NCBI GenBank assembly: GCA_021613535.1 | Contig: CP075492.1 | Span: forward strand, 18,972,001 to 19,036,000 | Reading direction: 5' to 3' | DNA from: Adineta vaga | Taxonomy: Eukaryota; Animalia; Rotifera | DNA: 64,000 nucleotides | In this document: in pieces, positions 1 through 12,925 of the stretch | Numbering within the stretch: position 1 is the stretch's first letter | Layout of the letters: each line of letters begins with the position of its first letter | Notes under the pieces: model-generated | What the model was told of the DNA's origin: nothing | The model's database searches: none | Seen by the model: the letters and a program-made list of their open reading frames with translations, nothing else | Program-made: the position numbers and the translations under genes

Positions 1-2331
1 AAATTAACAATAAGAGTAAGAATGATCTTTTTCATAAAACTTACAAACTCATAACGATTCTCAAAGATTCGAACGTAAAAGTAGCGAAGACAAAAACTCT
101 AGAAGAACAAGAATTAATTATACGACTTTTACAATTTTTACATATTCTAATGTGTTTACATAAGCATGTCATCTGTCTTCAAGAGATGTTTTTCGACAAG
201 AGAAAGAGCGTATCGATAAAGAAACCATAAGATCAATGATGGTAAGCTCCAATATATACCATATAATAATGCTGATACAATACCATTCGTTCTAGTAACT
301 CTACATAAAAAAGAATTGATTATAGCGAAAGTTATTCGAAAAAAGAAAGGATTGCTAGACGAACTTAAATGATTGATGAAGAAGTTTAGAATATTGTTGC
401 AAAACTTGTTTTTCAATTGATAGTTGTTTTATTATACGAATATTTTGAACAACTTCAACAACGAGCTACAGAAGAAAGAAAAGATTGAATTATAAAAGAT
501 AATAGATAAAATTACCGAATTTGCTTTATCAATAATAAACTTTGAATGTTTATTATATCTTGCTTCCCATAGTACTTGTATACAACCAAGAAGAAAACAG
601 AATATTATAAAAAATGTAATAATGATTGTTAATTGCCAAGAGAAAAAAATTCCTAATATAAATGCGAATCCGAATGTTCCGAAAGCTTCACAAATGATGC
701 CTAGACGTGCACCACTTATTTGTTGAAGACTTGCAGCTTCAGATGAAAGTCGATTTGCAATAGCTCCTGAAGTATTTTCAGGAAGATCAAAATAAGCAAC
801 TTCTTGAAGAAGAAGTTGTGAAAGTGCTTTTATACGAATACGTTGCGTTAATTTTGAGCCTGCTGAAGCAAAGGTCGTAAACTATTGAAAGAGAAAAATA
901 GAAAATATTTTATTCAGAATGTTCGTACTTGAATTAAACGAGTGATCAATATGGATATACCCAATAATAAACAAAAGAAACTAAAAGTCAACACTTGCGT
1001 ATTCTGTTTCACAGATATAGATTTTTCAAATGCTTAAAAAATAAAAGAAATCATCAGATTTCTTAAATTTGTATGATTTTAACAAACGATTTACATGAAG
1101 TATTTTCGATAGTAAAATGGCAAATATTGTTGTACTTGCTCCACATGCAAGAGATGCAATACAACCGAACAGAATAATTATCCATTCTGGTCTGTTCATA
1201 TTCAATAAACGTATAAAAGCAGACTGACGACTTGAAGACAATAAACTAATCTAGATATGTTTTCAATGTAAATTTGCAAAAGAAAATAAATGAAAATAAC
1301 TATTGTTGAACTACTTACTTTATTCGTATTCAAATCTTGATTATAATCAAGAAGATTAGGAAATTCATCTAGATGATAAGAACGAATCTTTCATATGCTT
1401 ATTCTGACATGTTCATATACATACATTTATCTTTGGTATATTTTTCTTCCGATTCTGATATATTACTTGTTTGATGATTTTCATTATCTTCGTTATTTAC
1501 TTGCTGTGCATCGACCATTGCACGATAAATACCTTCTTCTTTTGACATCAATGTTTCGTGTGTACCTTCTTCGATGACACTACCATTAGCCAAAACATAT
1601 ATACGATGTGCCTTTTCAATTGTTTTCAATCGATGAGCAATCACAATAGTCGTGCGACCTATATATTACAACAGCAAATAGGATAAAAGGTGATCTTCAG
1701 GATGTGGTGTGGGTGCGATAGGATTCATGTGTAAATATAATACCTACACCCGATCTTTTCGGTAACTAACCTTGACATGCTCGATAAATAGAATCTTGAA
1801 CAATTTTTTCGTTATAAGTGTCAAGCGCACTTGTTGCCTCATCCAGTAATAACAATGGTGACTGTCGAAGATATGCACGAGCTAAGACTATACGTTGTTT
1901 TTCACCGCCACTTAATTGAGAACCATGTTCTCCAACTAAAGTTTCATATTTCTAAATAAAAAAACCAAAATCATACATGTGATTAAAATAGTAGTAAAAT
2001 ATTTCACAACACATACATCGGGTAATTGCATTATAAAATCATGCGCATTAACATAACGCGCTGCTTCTTCAATTTCAAAGCGTGTGGCTTTCTCATTTCC
2101 ATAGAGGATATTTTCAAAAATCGTCGTGGCAAAAAGAATCTAACACAAAACAAACACAAATATTTGATTTAAAACAATGAATATATGAAGATACAGGTTC
2201 TTGATGAACAACACTAATCTTTTGTCGAAACTGTTTGACATCGTAATCGCTGATTGATCGTCCATTGATAGTGATTCGACCCGACAGAGGTTCATAAAAA
2301 CGAAGTAAAAGAGATAAGCAAGTGCTTTTGC
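1..2331 (-). pseudogene. ABCB1/MDR (P-glycoprotein-like) transporter fragment: NBD1, linker and TMD2; 5' half missing, 3' end runs off the window
   Basis: Spliced minus-strand exons read GKSTCLSLLLRFYEP (Walker A), [31 protein letters not shown] (signature), [12 protein letters not shown] (Walker B), IAHRL (H-loop), then LLNMNRPEW and TMD2 helices. No ABC-like sequence is seen upstream of 2331. Confidence 0.88.
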
Positions 2332-2350
2332 CTGTTCATTCAAGTGATAG

Positions 2351-3814
2351 ATATTTACAATTCTTGTGCCTAATATGTGGCATATGGTCAATGATATATG
2401 GCTTATTCGAAATAAAAAAACGTCCAAGATGGCCCAAAGTATGGAACATTCATTTCGTATAGTACCTGTTGTAGAAGCAATTAGTAAGCATAGTGGATTA
2501 CCAGTGGAATCGATGCTTTTGCGCGCAAAACATAAATCAAATTATGTAGCGTTTGCTGGTGAAGATGCTCCGGATCATTTTGCTTGGATGAACAAATTTG
2601 GAACAGTACCGTTTGATGAAATTTCTTCCGATGGTTTTGGTGATGAATTAACACAAGTACTCGATTTTCCTAAAGATGATATGATTGCACCGATGGTTAT
2701 GGAAAATTTGAAAGAAATATTAGCTAAACTAACAGATCATATGGATGTCAATGAAATTAGTCGAAAAAATTTTCAATTAAAAAAGATTCATGTGATTCCT
2801 CATTCTTATGATAGTAAATCTGTTCGTGTTTCTGCTGTTGAATGGCTTGATACAACATCATTGAAACGTCATCGTATGACAGTTAATCATTTATTTATTT
2901 CTTTAGGCCCTAGTGGTGGTGTAAATGTTATACCGCCACAACTCACATGGTGGCAACATGCACGTGATTGTTTGAAAAAAGGAAATAATCTGGATTATCA
3001 TCCAACAAAAATGTATGGTGGTTATACACCTACGTTTCCTTCTCTCTGGCGTCATTCATTGAATACAATTAAGGAAACATTTTTCCGAGGCACTCAATGT
3101 CTCAAAGATTTTGGCATGGCTGCTGGAAGTACATCAGTATTGATGTTAGGTGTCGATTTAGAACAAACTAGTAAAGCTCAATTAGACGTATTCAGCCGTT
3201 TTCTTGAAGGTCTCAATCAACATTGGACATTAATAGCTCAACGTGATGTGACATTATTCGAGTCTAAAAATGAAATTGCACCTATCAGACATTATCGTTT
3301 CTTTGCTATACAAATGACAGGTGGTGGTAATTTTCCATCTCGTTTTTCTAAACCTGATTATCTTGTCAATTTACTTTCATCAACCGAGAAAATATATGGT
3401 CTTAATAAACTACAACATCATGGTATTTATGATATTGTTCAATCACGCGGTTGTGGTCGTGCAGTATCTGCTCAGAACACCGTTGCTTTCCAACATCTCG
3501 CTAATAATGCTGTGATTAGTTATGCACTCGGTGGAATCGGTATGACAAAAATGTTTTCTAATGGAGAGAAAATGGTACAAATGGTAGAACAACAAGATAA
3601 CTTGTTGAAAGAAAAGGCTGATATAGCTCATGGTTTAATACCGAATAAAAATGTTCTTGATGGTATTAACTATTCATATATGGTCGGTGATCCATACAAA
3701 GTTGCTCGAACATTAGGCATGGTCAATAGTATGACTAGAGACGAGAAAATAGGCGTCACTATTTCTCTTACTACTTTTATAATTTTTTTCATTTTTTTAT
3801 TTACTCAAAATTAA
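2351..3814 (+). CDS. Probable FAD-dependent oxidoreductase (DAO/glycine-oxidase-like), N-terminally truncated, with C-terminal hydrophobic tail
   Basis: 482-aa intronless ORF with NHLFISLGPSG, GCGRAVSAQN and YALGGIGMT, which resemble DAO-family middle and C-terminal motifs. The N-terminal GxGxxG is absent and there is an in-frame stop at 2348. Confidence 0.5.
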   Translation: MFTILVPNMWHMVNDIWLIRNKKTSKMAQSMEHSFRIVPVVEAISKHSGLPVESMLLRAKHKSNYVAFAGEDAPDHFAWMNKFGTVPFDEISSDGFGDELTQVLDFPKDDMIAPMVMENLKEILAKLTDHMDVNEISRKNFQLKKIHVIPHSYDSKSVRVSAVEWLDTTSLKRHRMTVNHLFISLGPSGGVNVIPPQLTWWQHARDCLKKGNNLDYHPTKMYGGYTPTFPSLWRHSLNTIKETFFRGTQCLKDFGMAAGSTSVLMLGVDLEQTSKAQLDVFSRFLEGLNQHWTLIAQRDVTLFESKNEIAPIRHYRFFAIQMTGGGNFPSRFSKPDYLVNLLSSTEKIYGLNKLQHHGIYDIVQSRGCGRAVSAQNTVAFQHLANNAVISYALGGIGMTKMFSNGEKMVQMVEQQDNLLKEKADIAHGLIPNKNVLDGINYSYMVGDPYKVARTLGMVNSMTRDEKIGVTISLTTFIIFFIFLFTQN

Positions 3815-3865
3815 TACAACTCATATTATAATTTTCTAATAGTTTAGTTTATTTTTCTATTTTAT

Positions 3866-5190
3866 ATGTCAATGCCAAATTCTTCAAGAAAAGACTTTGG
3901 GTAAATGTTTTTATTTTCATTCAGTTTCAAATATTTATTTCTCAGATTATTGTCTCGTATAGTTAATGGTGGTTTGGCAGGAGCTATCGATGTCACTTGT
4001 GTATTTCCAATTGATTTTATTAAAACACGCATGCAGAATCAAAAGCACATAGTTGGACAACAACCTTTATACAAAAATATGTATACACAAGAAGTTTTGT
4101 TTACTATATTGTCAATATTTTTCATCTAGGTTTGATTGTGCCATGAAGTCGTTACAACGTTCAACTGGTAGTGGCTTTTGCCAATTATACAGTGGTTAGT
4201 AAGAGTATATGGTTTTGTTTTGACTGTTCACTCTTTTATTAATAGGTTTAGCGGTAAATGTACTTTTTATTACACCGGAAAAATCAATAAAACTTGTTGC
4301 AAACGATTGGTTTTGTCATCTTTTGAAAAATAAGTTAATCGATGATAATATTTCATATGCTTTAAATTCCTTAAAATCTATCATAGAAATGATTCGTTAC
4401 GTATACATCAGCAAATTTTAGCAGGTGCTGGTGCAGGAACATGTCAGATTATTGTGACAACCCCTATGGAATTGCTCAAAATTCGTGTGCAAATGATTCG
4501 AAAAGATACAACAAATTGCTCAAAAAACGCTCGTCATATAGCCTTAGAAATACTACGTGAGAAAGGTATTTTCGGTCTTTACAAAGGTGTTAGTGCTACT
4601 TATACACGTGATGTGTTCTTTTCAATGATCTTTTTTCCATTGTTTACTTATTTCAATAATATGGTACATCTTAGAATGTTTACACTATTCAGTATTGTCG
4701 AAATTTTCTAGGGAAAATCAAAAAATCCTTCAAATGATGAATCACTTGTATCCTTCTATCATTCACCTATATCAGGAAGTGCTGCTGGGGGAATTGGAGC
4801 ATTTTGTGCCTCACCAATCGATGGTTAGTTTGATTATTCATTTTTTTGAAATATAAATCACATAAATATCACTGATGTTTTCATCATATTCATAGTGATC
4901 AAAACTCGATTACAAACATTCGAATACAAGAATCGCTATTCTGGAATGGTCGATTGTGCAAGGGATGTATAGATATGTTTTGTAAGCACATAGTATATAT
5001 CTGTATAATGTATTTTCATTTTAGAACGATCTTACGCGAAGAAGGAATTAGTGCTTTTCTGCATGGATCACCACAATGCGTTATGTATGTGTCTCTTCTT
5101 TTCGGTATTTCTCAAATGATATATCAAATGGAAATATCACAAGTACTCATGAAAAAATGCAATATTCTCAAAGAAATTGTCTTTAATTGA
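3866..5190 (+). CDS. Mitochondrial carrier, SLC25A22/A18 (glutamate carrier)-like, multi-exon; possibly degenerate
   Basis: Three PxD/ExxKxR carrier motifs ([35 protein letters not shown]) and [18 protein letters not shown]. The last donor site appears mutated (ggatgt at ~4963). Confidence 0.85.
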
Positions 5191-5799
5191 ACACATTCTT
5201 AATTTGAAAAAATTGTCAAGAAAGATCATTCAATCAATGTAGTAATGTAACTTACATCTTTCGTTAAACTATCTGATATTTATTTCTCATGCGCTTGTTC
5301 TAAAATAGATTCTTCTATGTTGTTTCATATTGTATATATGGAAGACATCATCGAAAATAATTTGTTGTAGAGTTTTAGTTCAATGGCTATAGTATAAATC
5401 TCAAAAGAAATATCTGAGATAATTATGATGACGAAATACAGATGTTCGAGACAAAGATCATCAAAATATATCATTTCATGAAATTTTCTTAGTTTTGTTC
5501 TCATGGTATCTATTTCGATGATATATATGTTAGCGATGAAGTAATAGATATCATCTTGAGGGTGTGGATGTGGGTGTACGTGCCAGTAATAAATAGAACC
5601 ACAGCACTCATGCTCACTCCACTCATCACTGACTTGTAAATACTTACTGCTGAATTTTGCGATAATTTCTTTCGCATATTTTAATTTCATTTTTTTTAGA
5701 AAGATGAATCGAGGTTGTGAGTGTGACTACTACATCTATCTAACGTCGACACCTAAACTCACCCACACCCACCCCTCAATATTTCGTCTAATATACAGA

Positions 5800-6611
5800 T
5801 CGTGATGCATCGGGAATGCATCACTCAAAATCAAATGATACTCAAAACTTATCACCAGAAAAGCAGTTCGTTCTTTTTATGGTACGATTGTATCGAGTGA
5901 CAGGTGAACAAGAACTGCTGAGTTTAAAAAATATTTTCATTCTCAATTTTATTAATTATTTTATTTTAGGCGATGCACTTCAATCTTTCACAAGCAATTG
6001 TTAGTCGCATCATCATTTCCTGAACTTCATTTGTCTATTTAGTAGTGCCTTCGAACAATATTTGACCAACAACATATCAGACAGAAAAATCGCTCCCATT
6101 CGAAATGAAAAAGAATTATCCTGATGTTCGTGTTATAGTCAATTGCACAGTTAGAAATCGAGCAGCCGAATAATCCACAAGCTCAACAAGACCCGTGATC
6201 TACATATAAGAACACTAATAGTGCAAAAGGTAACGAGAACTAAGTGTTTAGGTTTAAATATGTCTGGTTTTTTTAGGACTTGTCGGAATCACACATAATG
6301 GAATAGTTTCTTTTATCCCAACACTCTATGGAGGAACTACTTCTGATCGTGGATTTTCTTTCGATGCGAAACATACTCATCTCACTCTCGTACATCCACC
6401 GTTTTTGGACCGCTAGAAACAACTTTTATCTCAGTAAGGTTTACAAACACGTATCATCGCTCGACATAGAATCCATGTTGAACGTTGTATGGGTCGTATT
6501 AAGAACTTCAAACTATCGAATGGTATTATTCTATTAAAATCTATGTATTGATTGAACTATTGGTTCTATATCTGCGCTTTTCTAACAATTTTTGATGAAC
6601 CTCCCGTCTAG
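5800..6611 (+). mobile_element. Decayed Harbinger/ISL2EU-like (DDE_Tnp_4) transposase remnant
   Basis: Frameshifted fragments PDVRVIVNCT, EQPNNPQAQQ..STYKNTNSAK, GGTTSDR and IARHRIHVERCMGRIKNFK match DDE_Tnp_4 motifs. Multiple stops are present. Confidence 0.7.
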
Positions 6612-7767
6612 ATATTATAAAATGTTTCATGTAATCACATAAACTCTTTGTTAACTTATTTATTTATTCAATAAAAAATTCTATCTTTAAACACCAATAA
6701 TCTCCGATATGATGCAAGTAGTGAAATGAATCTCAAATAAAATGTTACATTTGGAACTATTGATGTAGTCGTTATTGCTGAATAGTGACCACGGCGCATT
6801 GATTTATCATTTCGAAAGAATCGAGTTCACGATCATTAACAGAATAGAGAAGATGAAAGAAAATAGTGAGTACCGCAGTGATTCTTGAAAATTTATTAAT
6901 GAGAATGAAAATGTGACATAAATGAATGTTTTTTGGCCATAATTTAGTTGAAACATTTTCTCAATTAAAATCATTAACACAATAAAAAATCTGGGAAACC
7001 ATTTCATCTCAGACACTACAAGGATAGTTTTGGTTTTGTATAAAAAGTAAGATGAAAATGTTCCATTCAAATTTGCATAACTTTATACCAGATATATGTA
7101 CTATGACCTGTCTTTTTTCGGATGATAGCTCTTCTCTTGCTCTACAAAATGACATAATTTGCTCCTAAGCATCTTAAGAGTTTAGTCTAGATATTCTTGA
7201 TTTACTAATGAGTGGTCGAAACTTATGAAACATTCTTTAGCATATTTTGACTCTTTCTTTTATTTGCTGCTCATATTAACTCGGTAGTCAGTTCCCTTCT
7301 CTTGAGAATTTTTTTTTTAAGTGATCAGAGATTCTCTTTCGAAAACGTAAGTAAAGTTAACACCATATTCGAGTATATCTTGTCCGAATTTGCTCTGGAA
7401 CTTGTGTTGAATGTAAAACTGATTGTGTTAAATTCAGAATTTTATTTTCGAGGGTGGTCATTGGAAGAAAAATATCGGCACACACCCACACCCTAATTGA
7501 ATTTACTTCAAAAATTTTTTCCTTCTCTGTGCTTAATTACAATAAGCCTTTTGAATATTTGTCTTTTTGCGATAGTCTAATATTTCACAGAAGAGAAACA
7601 CGCTCGATCGCAATATAGTTTTACAAGTAATTTGAACTTATTTCAACAATGAGCACGTATACTGTATGAGTGAAACACGTTCTACACAGCTCCAGATGTG
7701 AAAGTATGCCAAAAAAGTTTCCATAAGCATAAATGCAACGTGTCGCGGCGTTAGAAATACAAAAAAA

Positions 7768-10700
7768 ATGGTTCAACAAGATCAAGCAATACAAACTGAT
7801 GGACAACGTCAATCTCGCGAATTCTTTGGTTTAACAATGAAAGATATTTTAACATTTATTACTTCGTTGATTCTTCCACTTCTACTTGGTGTTTTCACTA
7901 TAATAACTACGAATAATTACCAGAAAGAAGCTATCCGACAAAGTAAGCGAGATTCATCACTTCGAGAACAAGAATGGCAAATTGAAAGTAATCGAAATGA
8001 ACGTCAATGGGACATTGCCAACAAACAAAATCAATTTCAACAATACATTGCACATGAAAAATATCGAGATGAAATACTTATCTCTTATATAAAAGAAACA
8101 GGTGATCTATTAAAAGAAAATAATGGTTCACTTACATCAAGTTCAATGATATCTAGCATTGCTCGTTCGAAAACATTGAATACTATTCGACAACTTGATC
8201 CATTACGTATTTCATATGTTATTCGTTTTCTTATTGAATCTGGTCAATTAACAATTACAAATGAAACCAAAGCCTTAGATATTTCATCAGTAGAATTGTT
8301 TAATATTAGCAAGAGTATTTTTCAAACTCTACCCACAATTGGTCAATTATCTTTGATAGGAATCTATTTACATAATTGTACTCTAAACGATACTCTTTTA
8401 CATAATATCGATTTCTCTTTTGTACAATTCGAACATGTCAACTTTTCTACTACTGAATTTCATTCTATTACAATTTCATCTGCTAAATTGAAGAATATCG
8501 ATTTTAGTTTTGGAAAATTCAAACATATCGATTTTTCATTTAGTCAATTAGAAGAAGTGAACTTTTTATCGAGTCAATTCGAACATATCCATCAATCATG
8601 TAGTCAACTTGATAACATTAAAAATTTGTTCACACGATCGATCAATATCAATTTTGCTAATACTACATTGAAATATGTCGAATTTTCCTTCTCAAAATTA
8701 GAATATGTTAACTTTCAATCAGCTAATATTAATAACGTCCGTTTTACATTTGCTCGACTCGACAATACCATTTTCCATTCTAGTACATTTTATAATGTTG
8801 ATTTTTCATTTACGACTATCAACTATATCGATTTTTCACACACATATCTTGAAAACGTGAACTTTTCATTTGCTAAACTCAATAATGTGGATTTTGAATC
8901 TGCTCAGCTGATGAATGTGGATTTTTCTTCAGCTATCCTTCGTAACGTCAATTTTTCAGATGCTGTTCTATTTGGTGTTCAATTTTCATTCGCGATATTA
9001 GGTAATTCAAATTGAACACGTTAATCTTTTTCACACATTTGATTTTGATTTTGATTATTTAGTTAGGGTCAATTTTGAAGAAACTATCATGCCTAATAGT
9101 ACCTTTCTACAAACACGTCGTATGGACCTTAATTTTGATAAAGCTGACTTAATAAAATCAGTATTTTGGCATGCTAATGTCAAAGATGCTCGGTTTCATT
9201 CATGTGACTTGACAGCTGTGAATTTTACTTATGCTAATTTACAAAAGACAAAGTTTGTCAATACAACTATTACAGAGAATCAATTGAAAAGTGCTCTTTC
9301 AATTCAAAATGCTCAATTGCCCAACGGAACGTTTGGACGTGATTTAAATCTGATCAATGATGGTAATGCAGATTGTAATAACTCTTTTTTGAAGAATTGG
9401 CAAATGAAAGTTGGTAATATCACAGTGATTAAGTTAAACAAGGTGAAAAATAACTGTTATTTTGTATTACAATCCTATTCTATTGGAGCTATGATGGTAC
9501 AAAATATCAATTTAACGAGTGTCTGGAATTCTCATATGTGGCCTTATTCTCAAGCTGTATTAAATATACAAATGGGCAAAGATGTATCGATTCAGTTGAA
9601 CGGAATTGACAGTTATGGAAAACTCATCGATCAGCGCAACGCAAGTAAGTTTAAATATATCAGTGACCATTCTATGTACAATTTTTTTTGTTTGTAAATA
9701 GACTCATCTAATAGCAATGTCACCATAAGATTGCAAGAAGCAATGCAAACGCTTGAAATTTTGGTTAAATTTCATATAGTTTCCAACAGAACGCATCTCA
9801 ACAACAGTTGGTGTGATAATATCGAGCTGTATATTGACTATGATACACAATCATGGTCTACACAGAGTATGTTTCGACATTCGGTCGCATTCTTAACAAT
9901 CGAAGAGAAAAGGTAGTTGAAGTGTACGACAGAATTTTCAGTGCATTGATTGTTAAAATCCTCGAGAAAAGATTCAGATGCGCTTGATTGAACCTTTAGC
10001 TATTTGATAATCACAAGATTATTTTAGCACCACCATTACGCGCAAGTTCAACTGAAATTCCTCCGAATGCAAAATGGAAACAGGATGGTCTTACTGTCGC
10101 TGGAGGATATGGACCAGGTAACGAAACCAATCAACTTTTCAATCCAAATGGTTTATATGTTGACGATGATGATACAATTTATGTCGCTGATGAGAAAAAT
10201 CATCGTATTATGAAATGGAAATGTAATGAGACAAATGGTCGAGTTGTAGCTGGTGGAAATGGACCAGGAAATGGAATTAATCATTTGAATAGTCCTTACG
10301 ATGTCATTGTCGACAAACAGAGTAACAGTCTTATTATTTGCGATGGAAAGAATAGAAGAGTAGTCAAATGGTCTCTTCGAGATGATAGTAACACCAGTGC
10401 GGAAACAATCATTTCAAATATTAGTTGTTGGGGTTTAACAATGGATCATGATCGATATCTTTATGTCGTTGAAAATGAAAAACATAAAGTAATACAATAT
10501 AGAATTGAGAATAGCAATGAAGGAAAAGTGGTTGCAGGTGAACATGAAGAAGAAAATGATTATAATACACTTTCTTTTCCTCTCTTTGTATTTGTCGATG
10601 ACAATCGATCTGTATACGTATCTGATGAGGATAATCATCGTATAATAAAGTGGGACGAAGGTGCAAAAGAAGGAATTATTGTTGCTGGTGGAAATGGAAA

Positions 10701-10965
10701 TGGAAATAGTGTCACACAATTGTCTTATCCTCAGGGAGTGGTGGTTGATCACTTTGGTAATGTTTATGTAGCCGATGATATGAATCATCGAATAATGCAA
10801 TGGAAAAACGGTAGTAGCGAAGGAATTATTATTGCAGGTGGACATGGCCGTGGTAAACAATCAAATCAATTAAATTATCCTAATGGTTTATCATTCGATC
10901 GACATGGTAATCTCTATGTTTCTGATTTATATAATCATCGAATACAAAAATTTTTAATTGAATAA
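7768..10965 (+). CDS. Membrane-anchored pentapeptide-repeat protein fused to an NHL-repeat beta-propeller (4 exons)
   Basis: N-terminal TM helix and long xFSxA/LxNVDF pentapeptide repeats. Intron 9002-9062 joins AIL-VRVNFEETIMP in frame; further introns lie at ~9644-9701 and ~9867-10028. C-terminal NHL repeats (VAGGNGNG..QLSYPQGVVVD..GNVYVAD..NHRI). Confidence 0.85.
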
Positions 10966-11169
10966 ATTATATTCATTGCTAAATATGAAATACTTTCAAC
11001 TATTATATGTTTTCATCGGATTCAAAATAACAATAATGACTAATTTTTATTTAACTATTAAAAAAAGAAAATCATCTTGAGGGTGGGTGTAGATGTTGTT
11101 AAGTCTCTTAATTCGCCGTCACCTACACCCTAGTCATAAAATCGTACGAAAAAGTTGTAATTTATTAAA

Positions 11170-12420
11170 TCAATGTAATAGAATATTTTCTGTGTTTTTT
11201 CTATTGATCTCTTCAATACATCGTTGACATAAACAATCGAAGAACCATTGTTTTAAAAATATTTGTCTTGTTTGTAAATCATCATTAATATAAATACCAT
11301 AATTTATACATAATTCTTCATTTTTTTTAATATTTCTTAAAAGTTTAAAAATAATATTTTTCTTTGTTTTAATTTTAATTAAATTTGGATAACATGAATG
11401 ATTAAAAAATGAAGCTGATGGATATAATGAATATCCAAAGAATTCTTCATTTCCATTAGGTTCATCAATTGACCAAATTCCATAGGCATTAGTTAAAGTT
11501 TTACCAATTATTGAACGAATTATAGATGGAGTAATGTATACTTGAAGATTTTCACATGTAGAAAACTTCAAAAATCTATAAATTTTATTTGTATAAGAAT
11601 AAAGTAAATAAGGATATTTAGAAATTTTTTCAATATCATTTGCTTGAAGATATGGAAACGTTTGAAATTCTAAATTTGATAACGTTTTATTATCATATTT
11701 ATACATTTGAAATAAAATTCCGATAATATATTTGATTTCTAAATATTCATTTTCATTTATTTTAGGAATTAAATTATTATTTAAATTTTTTCTTTGTTTT
11801 GTATTTAATTTAGATAATTCTAATTGACAATTCATTTCAGCTTCTTCCCATTTCTCAGAAATGAATGATTCAATATCTTTAGTTTGTTTTAATTCATTTT
11901 CTAATTTTAATATAGCTTCTGTTTCGGTTTTTTCTTGTCGTTTTTCATTTTCAAGATCAACTTGACATTGATTCAATAATTTAAGAAAGAGTCTTTCCAC
12001 ATTCAATAAACTTTCTAAATATAAATCATCTATATCTAAAGCAATAAACTTATCCATACAAGATTGAGAACAAAAATAAAGTCCTAATGAAGAAACAGTT
12101 GTAGAATTATTTTCTTTGTTCTTTCTTGATATCAATTTAAATTTTAAAGTTTTCCCATCGGAAAATTTGAAACACAATCCACATACTTCTTTTTTAAATG
12201 ATCGAGTAATAGTTGAGCTAAGTGGTAGAGAACATTCATGAACTATTGTATCTTGAGCAAGATCAGTATTGGCAAAACAACCACGACCACCATAAGTTGT
12301 TGATTTTACGGAGAAACAAGATGAGATGCTATTCAGAAAAGTGACATCTTCATTCATTTCCACTTCAATTTCAGTCGTTGATGATGCAACAGATGAATTT
12401 TGAAGATCTAAATGAGTCAT
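11170..12420 (-). CDS. SET-domain lysine methyltransferase, SMYD / yeast Set6-like, intronless
   Basis: YGGRGCFA, FKKEVCGLCF, YFCSQSC, GYSLYPSASFFNHSCYPN, ELCINYG and post-SET WFFDCLCQRC. Confidence 0.9.
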   Translation of the reverse strand: MTHLDLQNSSVASSTTEIEVEMNEDVTFLNSISSCFSVKSTTYGGRGCFANTDLAQDTIVHECSLPLSSTITRSFKKEVCGLCFKFSDGKTLKFKLISRKNKENNSTTVSSLGLYFCSQSCMDKFIALDIDDLYLESLLNVERLFLKLLNQCQVDLENEKRQEKTETEAILKLENELKQTKDIESFISEKWEEAEMNCQLELSKLNTKQRKNLNNNLIPKINENEYLEIKYIIGILFQMYKYDNKTLSNLEFQTFPYLQANDIEKISKYPYLLYSYTNKIYRFLKFSTCENLQVYITPSIIRSIIGKTLTNAYGIWSIDEPNGNEEFFGYSLYPSASFFNHSCYPNLIKIKTKKNIIFKLLRNIKKNEELCINYGIYINDDLQTRQIFLKQWFFDCLCQRCIEEINRKNTENILLH

Positions 12421-12635
12421 ATCGTCCACTAAAATAGACAAACCATTAGAGGCATATCATCGTTTATCTATGGTAGATGATCAATAAGTGATCCTTATTG
12501 AAATATACTGTTGGTTATATTTTTTTGGTTATTGAAACAGACCAAATTAAGACTTATTATTTCTTTAGATTTCTCCTCCCCAAAAATCGATTTCAACCCA
12601 GAACATATTCAAATGGTATGATATTTTCGGACTGC

Positions 12636-12925
12636 TATTATTTTATCTCATTCGACTCGTCATGTACTATCTACTACAAACTTACGTACCAATTCTTTTT
12701 TCTTTTCTTTTCTGTGCCAAGAAAAATTGTTTTTCACTGCAATCATAATCATTTGTTTAGTCACGAAAATTTCTATTTGAAATATAAAACCTTCGAATAT
12801 GCCGTCTAAAATGGCTATGGCTCTAGTAAATAAGATTTGTCCTTCACACAGGACAGAAAAGAAAAAAAGATAGTGTGTAACTTTGTAACAGATGGTATGA
12901 TGAGCCGACTAAGATAAAATACTTG
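12636..12925. mobile_element. Decayed MITE-like inverted repeat
   Basis: ~12638-12716 is an imperfect reverse complement of ~12847-12922 (tattttatctc..ttttctgtg / cacag..gataaaata). Confidence 0.5.

Noticed and set aside
6700-7440. Second (SWIM/YqaJ-like) ORF of the ISL2EU-like remnant
   Set aside because: Too degraded to support by eye, and no TIRs could be defined.
10421-10860. Antisense ORFs over the NHL exon (likewise 17252, 26156, 31374, 41251, 46527)
   Set aside because: They are shadow frames of real genes with no motifs.
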